Assembly: GCF_044704955.1 (NCBI RefSeq)
Contig: NC_091978.1
Location: 209,808,001-209,872,000, forward strand
Reading direction: 5' to 3'
Length of the DNA stretch: 64,000 nucleotides
DNA from: Pristiophorus japonicus
Lineage: Eukaryota
The notes under the pieces are model-generated. The model saw only the letters and a program-made list of their open reading frames with translations. It was not told the DNA's origin and did not search any database. This document shows, piece by piece, positions 36,655 through 49,318 of the stretch (position 1 is its first letter; each line of letters starts with the position of its first letter). A program made the position numbers and the translations under genes.

Positions 36655-37915
36655 TGTAAACTACTCTCAGGTTCCCATCCCCCTGCCGAGCTAGTTTTAA
36701 TCTCCCCAACAGCACGAGCAAACCACCCGCGAGAATATTGGTCCCGGCTATGCTGAGGTGCAACCTGTCCGGCTTGTAGAGGTCCCACCTCCCCCAGAAA
36801 TGATCCTAATGTCTCAGGAATCTAAAGCCCTCCCGCCTGCACTGTCTCTCCAGCCACATATTCATCTGCTCTATCCTCCTATTACTGTAGTCACTTGCAT
36901 GTGGCACCGGGAGTAATCCGGAGATTACTACCTTTGAGGTCCTGCTTTTTAATCTCATTCCAACTCCCTAAAATCTGCCTGCAGGACCTCATCCCTCGTT
37001 CTACCTATGTTGTTGGTACCAATATGGACTATGACCTCTGGCTGTTCACCCTCCTCCCTCAGAATGTCCTGTAGCTGTTCAGTTACATCCTTGACCCTGG
37101 CACCAGGGAGGCACCATGTTATCTTGGAGTCACAGCTGCAGCCACAGAAACGCCTGTTTGTTCCCCTAACTATTGAATCCCCTACCACTATTGCTCTTAC
37201 ACAGTTCTTCCTCCCCCTTGTGCAGCTGAGCCACCCATGTTGCCATAGACTTGGCTCTGGCTGCATTCCCCAAAGGAACCATTGCCCTCACCAGTATTGA
37301 GAACTGAAAACCGGTTAGCAAGTGAATGCACTCAGGGGACTCCTGCTTTACCTGCCTGGTCTTGTCTGTCTGGCGGTCACCCATTCCCTCTCTGCCTGCA
37401 CACTCTTAAGCTGCGGGGTGAGCACCTCTAGACACTTGCTATCCAAGTAGTTCTCAGCCTCGCGGATGCACTGCAGTGACTCCAGCCGCCGCTCAAGCTC
37501 CGAAACATGGAGCTCGAGCTGCTGTAGCTGGCTACACTTCCCGAACATGTGGTCGCCCATGCCGCGAGAAGTATCAATGACTCCCCGCATGGCACAGGAT
37601 ATGCACTCCACGGGAGTGAGCTGCCTTGCCATGCCTCTATCTATTAGATTATTAACTCGTTTTTAGTATAGTTTCCCAGTCCTAGTTTAAACCACTGACC
37701 TAGTTTAGAGAGTAAAAAACCTTAATACTCACCAACCAATCACCTACTTGCTGTCCTGTGGTGTCACTTTTGAGTTTCTGCCTGTGTTTAGCCGGACTCC
37801 CACTCTCTCGGACTCTCTACTCCTGAACTCTCCTGGAATCTCTCTCTCTCCCGAACTCACTCGGACTCTCTCTCTCCCACTCTCGTACTCTCTCTCTCCC
37901 GCACTCGGACTCTAC
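36655..37915 (-). mobile_element. CR1 5' UTR plus ORF1 fragment
   Basis: MARQLTPVECISCAM...KCSQLQQLEL zinc finger/zipper; IVVGDSIVRG, VHIGTNN; CT-rich repeats at 37800-37915. Confidence 0.88.
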
Positions 37916-38084
37916 CCTGATTGAATGCCCAATTCTCAATGAGGCTAATTCTCCACTGCAGTTCTGCATGATACTGAGTTTGTGCATCCACCGGTTAATA
38001 TTGCGCGAAGAATTGCATTGGGGATGGAGCTGTGATTTTTGACCGAATGCAAAGTATAAAACACATTCATTTTGTTTGATTCAT

Positions 38085-41000
38085 AAAATCATGGAAATTT
38101 ACAGCACAGAAGGAGGCCATTCAGCCCATTGTGTCCATTCAAACCAACAAAGAGCTATCCATCCTAATCCCACTTTCCAACTCTTGGTCCGTAGCTTTGT
38201 ATGTTACGTCAGTTCAAATGCATATCCAAGTACTTTTTAAATGCGATGAGGATTTCTGCCTCTACCACCCTTTCAGGCAGTGAGTTCTAGACCCCCGCCA
38301 TCCTCTGGGTGAAAAAATTCTCCTCAAATCCCCTCTAAACATCCGACCACAATTTAAATCTATGCTCCCTGGTTATTGACTCCTCTGCTAAGGGGCATAG
38401 GTCCTTCCTATCCACTCTATCTAGGCCCCTTATAATTTTATACACCTCAATTAGCTCTCCCCTCAGCCTCCTCTGTTGCAAAGAAACCAACCCCAGTCTA
38501 TCCAATCATTCCTTATAGCTAAAATTCTCCAGTTCAGGCAACATCCTCGTAAATCTCCTCTGTACCCTCTCTAGTGCAATCATATATTTCCTGTAATGTG
38601 GTAATGTGGTGATCAGACTGTACACAGTACTCGAGCTGTGGCCGAACTAGTGTTTTATACAGTTCAAGCATAACCTCCCTGCTCTTATATTCTATGCCTC
38701 GGTTAATAAAGGTAAGTATCCCGTACATCTTATCTACCTGTCCTGCTGCCTTCAGGGATCTGTGGACATGCACTCCAAGGTCCCTCTGTTCCTCTACATG
38801 TCACAGTGTCCTACCATTTATTGTGTAATCCCTTGCCTTGTTAGCCCTCCCCAAATACATTACCTCACACTTCTCCAGATTGAATTCCATTTGCCACTGT
38901 TCTGCCCACCTGACCAGTCCATTGATATCTTCCTGCAGTCTACAGCTTTCTTTTTTCATAGTAATATTTCACATTCCTGCTCCCTGCTTGCAATGTCTTT
39001 ATCGTCCCTCTCTTTTGTGAAAACAGATGCAAAGTATTAATTAAGAACCATTACGCCTCCACACACAGGGTATCTTTATGGTCCCTATTGGCGCCACTCT
39101 TTGTTTAGTTATTCTCTTGTTCTTAATGTATTTATAAAATATCTTTGGGTTTTCCTTGATTTTACTTGCCAATATATTTTCATACCCTCTCTTTGCTTTC
39201 CTAATTTACTTCTTAATTTCACCCTTGTACTTTCTTTACTCCTCTAGGGTTTCTGCAGTATTGAGATCTGTCATAAGCTTCCCTTCTTTTCTTTATCCTA
39301 CCCTGTATGCCCCTTGACATAAAGGGGGCTCTAGATTTGATAGTACCACCCATTTTCTTTAAGGGAACATACTTGCTCTTAACCCTCACTATCTCCTCCT
39401 TGAATGCCTCCAACTGCTCTTAATATGTCCTTACTATACAGTACAAATGTACACGAGGCCCATACTTGAGAGAAGGTCACTCTGTGACCAGTAACCTTTA
39501 TTAGCCAGCACTGAAGTGAAGAAGGTGGGTGGAGCTTTCCCTTTTATACCTGAAAGTCCAGGTTAGGAGTATCTCCCACAAGTTCACCCCCTTGTGGTCA
39601 ATGTTCTCAAGGTGTACAACTTAGATCAGTTTATACATGGGTTACAATGACAGTTGACTACATAACATCACCTCCCGGCCAAACTCTTATTGGGATCACA
39701 GGTCAAGTCTCTCTGGTGGTTTACGCTCCCTTGTGGAGTGCCTGAGTTGGGCGCTGGCCTGAGTGTCTGCTGTTTACGGTGCCTCAGGCCTGTCTGGACT
39801 GCCCACAGTGACTGGGCTCTCCTCCACTTGGTTCTGGTGTTCGGTCACCTGTGGTGGAGTGAACACTACATCGTGTTCTTCCTCTGCTTCTTCTATGGGG
39901 TTACTGAACCTCCTTTTTGTTTGATCCACGTGTTTGCGGCAGATTTGTCCATTGGTAAGTTTAACTATCAGAATCCTATTCCCCTCTTTAGCAATCACAG
40001 TGCCTGCGAGCCATTTGGGCCCTGCAGCGCAGTTGAGGACAAAAACAGGGTCATTGACATCAATACATCGCGCCCTCGCATTCCCGTCGTGGTAGTCACA
40101 TTGTGACCGGCGCCTGCTCTCAACAATTTATTTCATGGTGGGGTGTATAAGGGATAACCTGGGTTTGAGCGTCCTTTTCATTAGTAGCTCTGCGGGTGGA
40201 ACCCCTGTGAACGAGTGTGGTCGGGATCTATTGGCCAACAGGAGGCATGATAACTGGCTTTGTCGGGAACCCCCTTGGATTCTGAGCATCCCCTGTTTGA
40301 TTATCTGCATTGTTCATTCCGCCTGGCCGTTTGAGGCCGGCTTGAACGGTGCCGTTCTGACATGGTTGATACCATTTCCTGCCATGAAGTCCTGGAATTC
40401 AATGCTTGTAAAGCACGGGCCATTGTCGCTGACCAAGACGTCCGGTAGACCATAGGCGGCGAACATTGCTCGTAGACTTTCTACCATGGCAGAGGATGTG
40501 CTTGAATTGAGTATGTCACACTCGATCCATTTGGAGTAGGCTTCTACTACAACCAAAAACATTTTTCCCATGAAAGGATCTGCATAGTCCACATGGATGC
40601 GTGACCATGGCTTGGCGGGCCAGGACCAGGGACTAAGGGGGGCTTCCCTGGGCGCATTGCCCAGTAGGCACACGTGTTGCACCTGCGAACACAAAGTTCC
40701 AGGTCTGCATCTATCCCTGGCCACCAAACGTGTGACCTGGCAATTGCCTTCATCATGACAATGCCCGGGTGCTCATTGTGGAGTTCTCGGATGAACACCT
40801 CTCTGCCCATCTGGGGCATGAGTACTCGGTTTCCCCATAGTAGGCAATCGGCCTGAATCGAGAGTTCATCCTTGTGCCTGTGAAATGGTTTGAATTCCTC
40901 AGGGCATGCCCCATACGTGGCTGCCCAGTCCCCATTCAGGACACATTTCTTGACTAAAGACAGTAGCGGGTCTCTATTTGTCCAGACTTTGATCTGATGG

Positions 41001-44000
41001 GCTGTCATGGGTGAGCCTTCGCTTTTGAAAGCTTCAACAGCCATGACCATCTCAGCAGCATGCTCGGTTGCCTCCTCGGTGGTGGCTAGTGAGAGCCTGC
41101 TGAATGCATCGGCACAGTTTTCAGTGCCCGGTCTGTGCCGAATTGTATAGTCATAGGCAGCTAACGTGAGTGCCCACCTCTGTATGCGGGCCGACGCATT
41201 TGCATTTATGCCGTTTTTGTTGAGCAAAAGGGACGTTAGAGGTTTGTGATCTGTCTCCAGCTCAAATTTTCTGCCAAACAGGTACTAGTGCATTTTTTTT
41301 ACTGCATATACACATGCAAACGCTTCCTTTTCTACCATCCCGTCGCCCCTTTCTGCCTGGGACAGACTTCTGGAGGCATAAGCTACTGGCTGCAACTGAC
41401 CGTTGGCATTAACATGCTGCAACACACACCCGACCCCATAGGACGACGCATCGCACGTTAAAACAAGTTTCTTACATGGGTCATATAGTGTTAACAGATT
41501 ATTGGAATATAACAAATTGCGTGCTCTACCAAAAGCCCTTTCCTGGCTGTCCCCCCAGACCCATTCACGACCTTTGCGTAGGAGCACGTGTAGCGACTCT
41601 AACAGCGTGCTCAATTTGGGAAGAAAGTTACCAAAATATTTCAGGAGCTGCAGGAACGAACGCAGCTCCATCGTGTTACGGGGTCTGGGTGCTCTCTGGA
41701 TCGCTTCCGTCTTGGATGCAGTAGGCCTGATCCCGTCTGCTATTACCCTCATCCCCAGGAATTCTACCTCTGGAGCTAGGAAGACACACATTGCCTTTTT
41801 CAGTCGCAGACCTACCCGATCCAGTCTGCGTAGCACCTCCTCCAGGTTGTGGAGGTGTTCTTCAGTGTCGTCTTGAAAAACCACCGTCCTCGAAATCGAT
41901 TTGAGGAGGCTTTCCATGTTTCGTTGAAAGGTCCCGGCGGCCGAGCGAATCCCGAATGGACATCTGTTGTACTCAAACAATCCCTTGTGTGTCGTGATGG
42001 TGGTCAGCTTCTTCGACTCACTTGCCAGCTCCTGGGTCGTGTAAGCTGAGGTCAGGTCCAATTTTGAAAAATGTTTGCCACCGGATAGCATCGCAAAGAG
42101 GTCCTCCGCTCTCGGTAGCGGGTACTGGTCTTGGAGTGACACCCGATTGATGGTGACCTTGTAATCACCACATATCCTGACCGACCCATCCGCCTTGAGC
42201 ACCGGCACAATCGGGCTCGCCCAGTCACTGAATTCGACTGGCGAGATGATGCCTTCCCTCAGCAGGCGGTCCAATTCGCCTTCTATCTTTTCCCGCATCA
42301 TGTACGGCACCGTTCTGGCCTTGTGGTGTACTGGCCTGGCGTCCGGGTTTATGTGAATCACTACCTTGGTCCCCATGAAAGTGCCAATGCTGGGTTGATA
42401 TAGTGAGTCAAATTTGTCCAGGATCTGTGAGCATGATATTCGCTCCACAGAAGAAATTGCATTGACATCGCCCCATTTCCAGTTCATGACAGCAAGCCAA
42501 CTCTTCCCCAGTAGTGCGGGACCATCCCCCGGGACAATCCAGAGTGGCAACCTGTTCTCTGAATCTTTATGGGTCACGACTACCGTGGCGCTGCCGAGCA
42601 CTGGAATGATCTTTTTATATGTCCATAGCTGTGCGTCAATCGGCACTAATTTTGGCCTCCTGGCCTTGGACGCCCACAACTTGTCGAACTGTTTGATACT
42701 CATCAGGGACTGGCTGGCCCCTGTGTCTAACTCCATTGATACTGGGATGCCATTGAGGAGCACTTTCATCATTATCGGTGGCGTCCTGGTGTATGAACTG
42801 CATATGTGCTCCACAGGAACTCGCTGAACTTCAGCTTCCAGCGATTTCCCCCATTGTCCATTTCGCCTCGTAGGGCTTACTTCGGGCCCATCCTCCTCAT
42901 ACATCAACCTGGCTGCAGGCTTCCTGCACATATGCGCCAAGTGACCGCTGACGTTGCAGTTTCTGCAGGTATATTGCTGATACCTGCAAGCTCTGGCTGT
43001 GTGTTTGCCTCCACACCTCCAACATGAGCCATTGTTGGAAACAAAAGGTCCATTACCAGTCGATCGTATCTGACTGTCTCTATAACTGTCCTTAAGCACA
43101 CCATTGACAGGTGTTGATGGCCCCATTACTGGCCGCATTGTCCCTTGCGATGGCATGAATCACCATTCAGCTAGCCATTGTCTCTGTTGAATTCCTCCTT
43201 TGGGTTCGACTACATGCTCGGGCATGTCCGATTACCCCTTTCTGCCTGGAGAACTGTGTGCCGCGTTAACAATGTTGACTCCCTGTCCATTTGCTGCATT
43301 TAAACCAAGATTTTTGTCAAATATCATTCTGGTCTCTTCCTCCCCTGAGATAAATGTCTGGGCCATCAAAGCCGCAGCTTCCAGGGTCAAGTCTTTGGTC
43401 TCAATCGGTTTCCTGAAAACCCCAGCGTGCCTGATGCCCTCAATAAAAAGGTCTCGCAGTATCTTCGCTCTGCATGCATCTGGGAACTTACATAGACTCG
43501 CCAGTCGCCGGAGGTCTGCCACGAAGTCTGGAACGCTTTGCCCTTCTCGCCGCCGGTGCGTGTAAAACCGGTGTCTCGCCATGTGCATGCAGATCGCTGG
43601 TTTAAAGTGTTCCCCGATCAATTTACTGAGCTCTTCAAAAGTCTTGTCTGCCGGCTTCTCTGGCGCTAGAAGGTCCTTCATCAGGGAGTACGTCCTGGAT
43701 CCACAAACCGTCAGGAGATGAGCCCTGCATTTGTCGGCCGAATCCTGTCCCAGCCATTTCTTAGTGACAAAACTTTGCTGTAGTCTCTCAATAAAATCAT
43801 CCCAATCATCACCAACACATGCTCGCGTGCTTTAAATTCCAGTTTCTCGTCACCAATGATATGTCGTTATTATACAGTACAAATACACACGAGGCCCATA
43901 CTTGAGAGAAAGTCACTCTGTGACCAATAACCTTTATTAGCCAGCACTGAAGTGAAGAAGGTGGGCGGAGCTTCCCCTTTTATACCTGAAAGTCCAGGTT

Positions 44001-44425
44001 CGGAGTGTCTCCCACAAGTTCAGTGTTCAGTGTTCTCACGGTGTACAACTTAGGTCAGTTTATACATGGGTTACAATGACAGTTGAATACATCACAGCTC
44101 TGACACTGATTTATCTTCAAGTAGCTGTTTCTGGTCCACTTTGGCTAAATCACATCTCAGCTTAGTAAAATGAGCCTTTCCCAATTGAGAACTTTTATTC
44201 TCGGTCTATTTGTCCTTTTCCATAACTACCCTAAATCTAACTGAATTATGATCACTACAACCAAAATGCTCTCCCATTGATACCCCTTCCACCTGCCCAG
44301 CTTCATTCCCTAAAACTAAGTCCAGAACACTAGCTACATACTGACTAAAAAAGTTCTCCTGAATGCATTTTAAGAATTCTGCTCCCTCTATACCTATCAC
44401 ACTAATTCTATCCCAGTTAATATTA
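38085..44425 (-). mobile_element. CR1 fragment split by a Gypsy insertion
   Basis: 3' part at 38085-39420 (LVRPQLEYCVQ) and endonuclease end at 44097-44425 (LDLVLGNE..SDHN) are collinear across the LTR element. Confidence 0.85.
39421..44096 (-). mobile_element. Full-length Gypsy (Mag-type) LTR retrotransposon, decayed
   Basis: Similar LTRs at 43857-44096 and 39421-39667; PBS TGGTGACGAG; gag with two zinc knuckles, protease LDTGA, RT, RNase H, integrase; 5-bp TSD GCTCT (39416-39420 and 44097-44101). Confidence 0.96.
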
Positions 44426-44584
44426 GATTTGATTTGGGGTCTCAGATTGGACCCGTTTCTGTGCGAATAGTGCAATGCAAATATTAATTGCTCATTGGCA
44501 GAACAGACCTGGTTACATTGAACAAACAGTAGGTCGTGTTCGATAAGTTAGAATGAAAAATATACAATGTATAATGGCACAGGC

Positions 44585-44590
44585 TTTATT
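44585..44590 (-). terminator. CLRN2: Candidate CLRN2 polyadenylation signal AATAAA
   Basis: TTTATT on the plus strand about 480 nt downstream of the stop codon. Confidence 0.45.
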
Positions 44591-45069
44591 TAGGTGGAAT
44601 TTTGACTTGTAACACTACAATGCTGATCTTTTACTCAGCACAAGCAGACACTGAGAATTCTTAACATCAAATGTCTCATTTGTGACTCTTAAAATTCTAT
44701 ATTACAGTCTGCAATTACATATATTTCAGCAAGGACAAAACACTATTCATATGTAAAGAAAGACTTAAAAATACTTACCCTAGCAAATAACGTATTTGAA
44801 TACTAACTGAATTTTATATGAAGATAATAAGCATTTAACTTTTAAACATTTATACAGTAATGACATACTGAAAACACTTTACCTCAGTAACAAAAATAGG
44901 GTACATGCTTGCTTTAAACATTACTGGAACAATACCACCTCCATTTTTATACCAAGTATAACACTTTGTTACAATGTAAACAAGATGCATATGGCCCTCA
45001 GAAGCTGTTTAATCTTGGTAAGGTCTCCAACAATGTGCTTCTCTGTGATATAACTATATCGTCTGTTGA

Positions 45070-45335
45070 CTAATACATTAGGTCTTCAGGTGTGACATTT
45101 GCTTCCTCTGTTTTGGTCTTTAATGTGGGGAAACGTACTCCGCTGATGCGGACCACTAACATGTTTACTACATGCACAACAGCACTTGCCACACACAACC
45201 AGAAGGAGTAGTCAAAGTATTCCTGAAGGATAATGAACTTAAAAACATGTTCGTGAAAATTGGCAATTTGTTCTGTATGGTGATGAAGCTTCACAGCAGC
45301 AATAAAGCAAACAATTGCAAACAGTCCACATATAC
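45070..45335 (-). CDS. CLRN2: Clarin-2 exon 3 (266 nt, includes TAG stop)
   Basis: ICGLFAIVCFIAAVKLHHHTEQIANF...YDYSFW-like...TPEDLMY*; TTTGCAG acceptor. Confidence 0.96.
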
Positions 45336-45524
45336 CTGCAAAAGGAAACCAGTGTAATTGCAAGATAGAATTAAAAGATTTGGCTGATATAGAATATCTC
45401 CCTCTCTATAGATTCTGAAAATCAAGTATAATATATAACATTAATATGATCTAATAAGATTAGTCGAAATGGAGCATCAAAGATTGGAATCATATTTTGC
45501 TGAGACTGCTTTAGTAGTGCACAG

Positions 45525-45910
45525 AATAGCTCAGCCAGTTAAGCCAATGAGTAGATGACCCAAATAGACCAGGAATATCCCAGATTCAATACGAACATAT
45601 GTGCTGATTTAGAAAATCTTAGCTGGATGGGTGTTAGGTGTGTACAATGGACCTCAGCACTTCACGGATTAGGGTGATGAATTCAGCCAGTGCTCCTGCA
45701 TCTGTCTGCTTTCCAGTAACCCTTGGTGGAGGTGTGCATGTATGATTATCAGTATTTAGACTTGGCTAAGATGCCTGTACAGTTAAATAGTCTTCAAACT
45801 AGGTTCACACATTAGGAATGGCCACTTGGGAACAATATCAGAGGGCGAGCAGCATCTATGGAGCTAAAGGCCAGCATGGAGTCAATGCCTTCAGGAAAGA
45901 AGTGGGGAAC
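45525..45910 (+). mobile_element. LF-SINE-like element, near full length, in CLRN2 intron 2
   Basis: Ordered blocks AGACCAGGAA.ATCCCAG.TTC, TGTGCTGA.TTAG, TCAGCCAG, TCCAGTAACCC, GAATGGCCACTTGGG, GCCTTCAGGA match the recalled LF-SINE consensus. Confidence 0.7.
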
Positions 45911-47188
45911 TGAAGATCAGTCTTGTTTGAATCTTAAGAACCTCAACATGTTTTTCTCTCTGCTAGGCTAGGGTGAGCATATTCAATAATAGTTTATTTT
46001 GTTACTAGTTAAAATGTTTTCCTCTGCCAAGCTGTATGTATGTATAATATCCAGTAATAGATGGATGCTGGCATGAGTTTAAATTGCAGCCATAACTGCC
46101 TGCCAGCTGGCCCACTTCAGTTACTGATGTGTGAGGAAGATGCAGCTTTCTGAAAGGTCTTTGTGAAATAGCCCCATGTGGATCTATAGATAAAAAGTCA
46201 TGGGTCCCAGCTGGCACAGGACAGATGCTGCCTTTGGTGCCTAGTCAGCCTCGCATCTCTGTAGTGGTCTTTCTGATCCTCATCCACTTCCACCTTACAG
46301 TAAAATAATATGGAGTGATCTAAGGGAAATCCCATTGGTTATCAAGACCTAATCTGCAACCTCAGAAAATATTAAAAAGTGTTTAAAATACCCAGAATAT
46401 GTTTTGTTCTCAGGATCTAGCCAAAACTCGCAAGCACACATTTATTGCCCAATCCCAGTTGCCCTGAGAAGGTGGGGGCGGGCCTTGCCCTTAACCCGCC
46501 GCAGTATTTGTGATGGTGGTGCTCTCACATATTGACCCAGCAACAATAAAGGAACAGTGATATATATGTTGAAGGCATGATGATACGAAGCTTCTGAAAT
46601 GTTTTTTAAAGTTTAAAATATTTCTTGTATAGACTATACAGTTAGTTAATCTTTGCTAAATCAATTTGCTTCTTAACTTTAAAATAAAATCAGCCGTTAA
46701 ATGGAGATCTGCACTATGAAACAGTTTAAGTTTAAAAACAATTCTACAATTTGATTGTATTTATAATGGAAAGAATTATATTTTTTCTGTGTAAGACATG
46801 CAAAATATTGAGATTACGGTGACACTAGCAACTTATTCCAATCACAATGTCATGAACTAGTACAGCCAGGATGTAAATACTGCATTATATCAGGAACATT
46901 TCAATCTCTGAAAGAGTTTCTTTGATATATGTAATATTAGATTGAAACATTAAAACTACTTTATTTAAGGATGGATGATTTATGCAGATGTTTCTTATTA
47001 CCTAATTATTTATGCACTTCAGTTTATAGAATATTTTGTTACAAACCCTCAATTTCAAAGATTATTTGAATGATTTGTTTTTAAATGAATATAAATGAAA
47101 CACTTGGTGTTAATGGGATTTAGTCACATTAAAAACATGATATAACAGTAAATGAACACTATAACAAAAGTAGGTTCTACACACTTAC

Positions 47189-47368
47189 TTGCAATCAAGT
47201 TCCAGAGGTAGATGCCCATTGGTCCTTTTATGGCTTGGTAAGGGATTTTCATTGCATTGTAAATACAAAACCCAAAACTGACCAAAGCAAATGCAATCGC
47301 TAGGCAGATAAAAAATATAACCAAAACATGAACAGCTGCATTCAGCGATTTCACCAACTGTGGAAAAA
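47189..47368 (-). CDS. CLRN2: Clarin-2 exon 2 (180 nt)
   Basis: (I)FPQLVKSLNAAVHVLVIFF...YNAMKIPYQAIKGPMGIYLWNLIA; AG and GTAAGT boundaries, phase 1-1. Confidence 0.96.
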
Positions 47369-47563
47369 CTGAAAGTATAGATCAGAAAACATTATAGAAA
47401 AAACAAAAGTGGAAAAGCATTTACATTAACATGTATGTGGAGTCTGTCATGCTCGTGACAATGTCTGAATATTCAAATTGAATATCGTTGCCTATGGCAT
47501 TTAAAGTTAAATTTCTTTACCATTTTCATTTTTCTTTCCTATCTAGGTTAACATTAGAACTAT

Positions 47564-48932
47564 ATTGCGAACTGTCGACGGAACATCGGCCGTCTCAATT
47601 TCTCTGCTCCCCTCACTCTCTCCAACCTTTCACTCTCTGAATTTGCAGCACTCCGCTCTCTCAAATCCAACCCCGACATTGTCATTATTGACAAACATTC
47701 ACAATAAGCCCACTGACTCCCACATCTACCTGGACTACACTTCCTCCCACCCTGCATCCTATAAGGACTCCATTCCATTCTCCCAGTTTCTCCGTCTCCG
47801 TCGCATCTATTCTGACGACGCCACCTTCCATACTGTGCCTCTGATATATCTTCCTTTTTCCTCAAGCGAGGATTCCCCTCCAACATGATTAACATGGCCC
47901 TCAACTGTGTCCGTTCTATTTCCCACACTCCTGCTCTCACCCCTTCCCCTCCCTTCCAGAACCACGACAGGGTTCCCCTTGTCCACACCTTTCACCCCAC
48001 CAACCTCCATGTTCAAAAGATCATCCTCCACCACTTCCACCACCTCCACCACCAAATACATCTTCCCCTGCCCTCCCCTCTCAGCATTCCAAAGGGACCA
48101 CTCCCTCCACGACACCCTGGTCCACTCACCCCCAGCACCCCCTCCCCATCTCACGGCACCTTCCCGTGCAAGCACAGGAGATTCAAGACCTGCCCTTTTA
48201 CATCCTCCCTTCCCACTGTCCAGGGCCCAGAACACTCCTTCCAGGTAAAACTGTGATTTACTTTCAATTTAGTATACTGTATTCGCTGCTCACGATGTGG
48301 TCTCCTCTACATTGGGGAGATCAAACGCAGATTGGGTGATCACTTTGCAGAACACCTCCGCTCAGTCCGTAAGCGTAACCCTGAGCTTCCAGTCACCTGT
48401 CACTTTAATTCTCTGCTCAACTCTCACTCCGACATCACCGCCCTACACTGTTCCAAAGAAGCTCAATGCATGCTCAAGGAACAGCACCTCATCTTTCGTT
48501 TAGGCACTTTGCAGCCTTCTAGACTCAACATCGAGTTCAACAATTTCAGAACATAACCTCTGCCCGTATTTTTTCCCCTTTTTTTACAAACCCTCTCCCT
48601 TTTTTTCTCTTTCCTATAGCAGCTGGTGTTGAATCCGCCATTCATACCTCATCTAGTCTCATCTTTTGTTTCTTATCTTATTCCATCACCATCTCATTTT
48701 TGCCCATCATTCCTTTTGTCTCTTAATCTCTTCTGCCTTCCACCCTATCATAGACTTTCCCTTTTGTTCTTCCCTCCCCTTCCCCTTTCACTGGCCCTGC
48801 ACTTCCTTAACAATCTGTTACATCTCAAACTTTTCCAGTTCTGACGAAAGATCACAGACCTGAAATGTTAACTCTGCTTCTCTCCACAGATGCTGATTGA
48901 CCTGCTGAGATTTCCAGCATTCTCTGTTTTTA
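47564..48932 (+). mobile_element. Penelope-like retroelement, 5'-truncated
   Basis: KPTDSHIYLDYTSSHP (RT thumb) and VYCIRCSRCGLLYIGEIKRRLGDHFAEH (GIY-YIG); 16-bp TSD TTAACATTAGAACTAT (47548-47563 and 48933-48948). Confidence 0.92.
48837..48873 (+). ncRNA. Minimal type I hammerhead-ribozyme-like motif, mutated
   Basis: AGTT-CTGACGA-A-AGATC-ACA-GACCT-GAAA-TG-TT-AACT: core boxes plus helix I (AGTT/AACT) and an imperfect helix II. Confidence 0.6.
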
Positions 48933-48994
48933 TTAACATTAGAACTATTCATTTCATTAATTTCAAAATATTTTTTCACATAACTGCCTATTGT

Positions 48995-49125
48995 TCCTCC
49001 AATAGCTCAGTGATTTTAGCCAATAAATAGTGAAAGATATACTAGAACAAGAAGGTATCGGGTTTGATCCATCATCTTTGCTGAGCTGGCTGCTCTTAGC
49101 TGGAGCAGCACTAGAGATCTTCAAA
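48995..49125 (+). mobile_element. LF-SINE-like 5' fragment
   Basis: TAGCTCAGTG...GGGTTTGATCC...TGCTGAGCTGGCTGCTCTTAGCTGG. Confidence 0.5.
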
Positions 49126-49318
49126 CTAGAGGGCTTACTGTCATAGGTTGCGAGAAAAATTGATCAGGATTCCCACTCCTAAAAAACATTTTTTTATAAA
49201 TTCTGTGTAACTGCTGTAACATAGGTGACATAAAAAAAAGCTGACAGTAACCTATTTTACCAGTTCCTGGCTGGGGTATGAATGGATTACTGCAGGAAAA
49301 GTAGAAAAAGCAGACTAA

